Below are positions 60,579-63,417 of a stretch of DNA of 63,417 nucleotides, one piece after another. Numbering within the stretch: the first letter of the stretch is position 1; every line of letters starts with the position of its first letter. Where the stretch lies: assembly GCF_000143415.4 (NCBI RefSeq), contig NW_003314303.1:559043-622459 (forward strand). The letters run 5' to 3'. The position numbers were made by a program, and so were the translations under genes. Origin of the DNA: Selaginella moellendorffii. Its lineage: Eukaryota; Plantae; Lycopodiophyta. A model generated the notes under the pieces. The model saw only the letters and a list, made by a program, of their open reading frames with translations, searched no databases and had not been told where the DNA came from.

Positions 60579-63417
60579 TCATTCTTCCGTCCCGGGGAAA
60601 ACGAGAGGACACTTGTCGCAGGTTCCTGCCTTCAGTAACTCTCTGGCAACCTCATCCAGTAGAAACTTGAAAATCTCCTTCGCAATTTGCACTGCTATTC
60701 TCTGTAGCTCCTCCTCTGTGCCTGCCCAGTTTGCCTCTTTACTAACATCTCCCTGGTGAAGGCCTTCGACTGACTGCTGCTGGAGGCCTGTGTTATGGCA
60801 TATCTCACTCCAAACGTCTCGCAGAAGTCCCCGGCTCGAAGGCTTACAAGACTTCCGAGCCAAAATCTCGTTGACGACGTCGAAGAGAAACCGGCGATGA
60901 GATAAATTGTCAGGACTTCCTTGATAGTCTGCTTCCAGCGTCTGAAAAGCTTGAGAAATAGCCACAGGCCTTCGACTGTCACACTCATAAAGGGGCGGAT
61001 TCTTGGACGCCAAAAGTACCTTAGAAACGTAGACAAGATCTGCTAGACGAGTGTCAGCCACAGGTTTCCCTGTGTTTACTCCCCGATTCGGTGCTTTTAA
61101 AACTCGACGAGTTTCTGCAAGGACGCCACGTTAATTCAGATAAAAGAAACCTTGTTCATAGGTAGCATTACCTCCCGAGTGTCTTTTGCGAAGTTCCAAA
61201 ATAGATACTGGACTTGTCTGCTGCAACGTCTCGCTCGCATTTGCAAAAATTCGTCATCGAGAGAAAGACCACCTTGGAAACCATACCTCTACGATTTCAA
61301 CTTGAGGCGCCAGTCGTGTATCATAAACTTCAGAAAAGGTTCTCTGTTCTAGCGTGTCTCCAGGCCGGTCTTCGTCAACGAGAGCCTGCTTTCTCGAAAG
61401 TTTTATTGGCGTCGTTTGGTATGCTGGCGAAGAAGTCGTAAGATTCGCACTTTCCAAACTTTGGTGGCAACTGATGTTAGAGGTAGAGATGATGTGGCAG
61501 TAGTTATGCCCACGTGGCAGTAGCTTTATGTATATGTACACAATCATATACAGTTATATATATACAGTTCTTCCTCCTCGTGTGCGCGTCTCTCCGCTGC
61601 TAACATGGTATCGGAGCCTTGGGCTCCTTGATCCTGAGAATGGCGCTTGCTGGCCAGGAGGCCAGTGATGAGGAGGAGGATGAGCCTCCCAATTGCAATC
61701 CCTCTTGCAATGTTTGGGACGCTTGAGGCGTTGCACCAAGGCACCAGGCTGTGTAGAGGTGCTGAGCAACAAGCAGCAGCAAGTAGAGAACAAAGCCAGT
61801 GGGAGATTGAGAGATTTCACCAACCCACATCAAGAATTGGGTCAAGATTCAAGAACATTGCATAGCAATTCTTTGCAGGAATTTCCAGCAATTGGGAAGG
61901 ATGCTCATGGAGATTCAAGTGCCTAGTCGCAGAGAAGTGGGAGCCTGGCAGTTCACGGCCAAGACCTCATGCTAGAGGCAAGATTGAAGCCATAGCAAGA
62001 AGCAAAGAGTGTGCAAGCAAGTCCAAGACCAAGAACCAAGTTTTGGGTAGTTGATTGATGAGTTTTCATATGCTTTTCTCATCAGCTTTCCATGCTCATC
62101 ATCTCAGACTAGCTAGGCACGATTCAGGCTTAGATTCAGACTGGAATCAGCCGCCTGATCGTGAGTGGGAGTGTTAGAGGTAGAGATGATGTGGCAGTAG
62201 TTATGCCCACGTGGCAGTAGCTTTATGTATATGTACACAATCATATACAGTTATATATATACAGTTCTTCCTCCTCGTGTGCGCGTCTCTCCGCTGCTAA
62301 CATGGGCATGAAGAGCTGAAAGGTGGCAAGAGATTTATGTGGACGCTGAAATGAGCGGACACAAGACTTGTATATATTTTACATGGAGAAAATGAAAAGG
62401 CAGTAGGTTAGGGGAAACAGAGTGTGTCGTTTAACTAGAAAACTATCATGGTATCGGAGCCTAAACTGATATATCGTCTCAGCGTCGGAGTGGAAGCGTC
62501 TTGGATGTCCAGTGGCGTTCGTTCCGGCAAAGGCAAATGCGAGCTGACGTCTCTGAAAGCACTCTCCCGAGCCTTCCTGGTGATCTCTTGAGCGATTTCT
62601 TTCGCATCCTTGGAGCCATCTCTGAGGCGATGTATAACGAACTCCCTGGCAGATTGCTGCTGCGTTTTGGTTTCGGTGACAGCGTGCAGTACTTTCTCCC
62701 TGGCCGGAGAGTCGGGCTCAAACTCCTCCCTGTGAAATCGCGGTTGCGTTTCAAAGACTTTGTTGCTGGTTGTTTCCCGAAAATCTGGAGAGTGCGGCTT
62801 GTTGATCATCACCTTCTCGTGAAATTGTCTAGTTTCTCTTGTGCTAGCATATACTGGTGGAGAACAGGACCCTTGTCTTCCCTTTGCCGGACCAGGCTTC
62901 AAAACTACAATCCTCGTCGAACCATTGTCAATAGAGACTTTCTTTCGAGTTTCAGCACGTTGCCCTTCATGTCCGTTCAACAAGAGATGGAGAAGAGTTG
63001 GCGTCTTCAAAGGCTCCTCATTCACAGGCTCCACTGGACTTTCAAACTGGAGAAAGCTGTCCTTACTCGGCTCGAGAGACCGCATCGCTTCCAAAAGCTG
63101 CCGGGATCGGTGCGTAACCCTCGGAGAGTAATTCGGTGTTGTTCCCTCCCGGAAAGTCTCGCCCAGCACTGACTTTGTGGCTCTTGAAAACTGGCCAGCT
63201 TCTTGCGACTGTGTCTCAAGAGTTTGCGCGAGACAGCTTCTATCATCTTCGCCCTTTCCAACGAAGAGCCGTTCCTCTTAAGCATGTCACCCATTGTCTC
63301 CACCGGCATTGTCTCGAGACCCATAAGTCTTGCCACTACACCCGGTGGTTTTGCTTTTGCACACGTTGAAAGAACGCTATGCTTCTCAAAGCCAAACTGG
63401 AAGATCATATGGTGAGA
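60579..63417 (-). pseudogene. TRM/LONGIFOLIA-like gene (VARLMGL + DUF4378); 5' end lies outside the window; disrupted
   Basis: PPGVVARLMGLETMP, TRIVVLKPGP, HRRFLFDVVNEIL...IAVQIAKEIFKFLLDEV; frameshift near 63170 and an exonic insertion at 61475-62464. Confidence 0.88.
61475..62302 (+). mobile_element. TRIM, 828 bp (second family)
   Basis: Identical 131-bp LTRs (61475-61605, 62172-62302); PBS TGGTATCGGAGC; PPT TGAGTGGGAG. The matching TSD lies 162 bp further right. Confidence 0.93.

Overview
Compact plant genomic DNA. The 50-60 bp introns, tau GSTs, UGT, CXE, TRM gene and chromovirus suggest a lycophyte such as Selaginella, which is an inference. In order, the window holds: (1) a decayed minus-strand chromovirus (Ty3/Gypsy) running into an assembly gap; (2) a 9.75 kb TIR DNA transposon (8146-17898, perfect 4-bp TSD TGAA, Sola-like) with a transposase remnant, a large divergent cargo gene (ParB-like + degenerate DNA-MTase-like + acidic linker + HAD/FCP1-like) and about 17 dispersed copies of a 22-bp palindrome concentrated in introns, followed by a 287-bp MITE of the same family carrying 2 more; (3) a solo LTR, a carboxylesterase pseudogene, a Crinkler-like REase+kinase ORF and an SCP-type phosphatase; (4) a tau-GST array in which one pseudogene is split by a 23.3 kb nest: an IS3EU-like DNA transposon with a HECT-like second gene, containing solo LTR A, containing LTR element B, containing LTR element C, each with a matching TSD; (5) further GSTs, a UGT and a TRM/LONGIFOLIA-like gene, with two young TRIMs inserted in exons. 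Element boundaries and TSDs were read directly from the sequence. Domain calls are by-eye motif matches and need HMM or structure confirmation.
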